Part shown: in pieces, positions 25,989-26,060 of the stretch | How positions within the stretch are numbered: position 1 is the first letter of the stretch | How the letters are laid out: each line of letters begins with the position of its first letter | Assembly (NCBI GenBank): GCA_902762335.1 | Contig: CACWNZ010000001.1 | Span: 1 to 26,060 of the forward strand | Source: an uncultured Ruminococcus sp. | GTDB taxonomy: Bacteria > Bacillota > Clostridia > Oscillospirales > Acutalibacteraceae | DNA: 26,060 bases | Direction: 5' to 3' | Notes under the pieces: generated by a model | What the model saw: only the letters and a program-made list of their open reading frames with translations | Database searches by the model: none | Told to the model about the DNA's origin: nothing | Translations under genes and position numbers: made by a program

Positions 25989-26043
25989 CCTCTTTATGAT
26001 TCGCCGAATAACAAATCCGGCGGAGCATAAAGAGGTCTTTTTT
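25989..26043 (+). terminator. Terminator-like hairpin, plus strand
   Basis: CCTCTTTATG (25989-25998) / CATAAAGAGG (26026-26035) with inner TCGCCG/CGGCGG pairing, then TCTTTTTT. Confidence 0.6.
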
Positions 26044-26060
26044 ATTATACCCCTTATGCT

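Noticed and set aside
1-26060. CRISPR array, IS element, rRNA
   Set aside because: No regularly spaced repeats, transposase motifs or rRNA-like sequence seen.

Overview
Clostridial (Oscillospiraceae/Ruminococcus-like; inferred from gene order and protein style, not verified) window in three parts. (1) 1-6.4 kb: minus-strand housekeeping run phoH-ybeY-dgkA-era-yqzL-recO-mutS2. (2) 6.6-25.5 kb: accessory region centred on a 1976-aa reductase-terminated NRPS (A-T-C-A-T-R). The NRPS appears co-transcribed with a MATE exporter fused to an RsbW-like HATPase domain, a free RsbW-like kinase, an orphan CapA-type metallophosphoesterase and a STAS protein. A membrane sensor PP2C phosphatase converges on this operon. 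A second STAS, an Sfp-type PPTase, a YkuD lipoprotein, a divergent nitrilase-fold/NUDIX pair, a sortase-anchored repeat protein and a PAS/HD-GYP protein lie nearby. No sigma factor or transcription factor is in view. (3) Right end: the 3' part of a tRNA-Cys, resembling the att scar of an element lying to the right, followed by AT-rich DNA. The best candidate for an undescribed system is the NRPS wired to a complete kinase/STAS/phosphatase partner switch. Its first A domain lacks the amino-binding Asp, suggesting a non-amino-acid starter. All calls are by-eye motif recognition; no searches were run.
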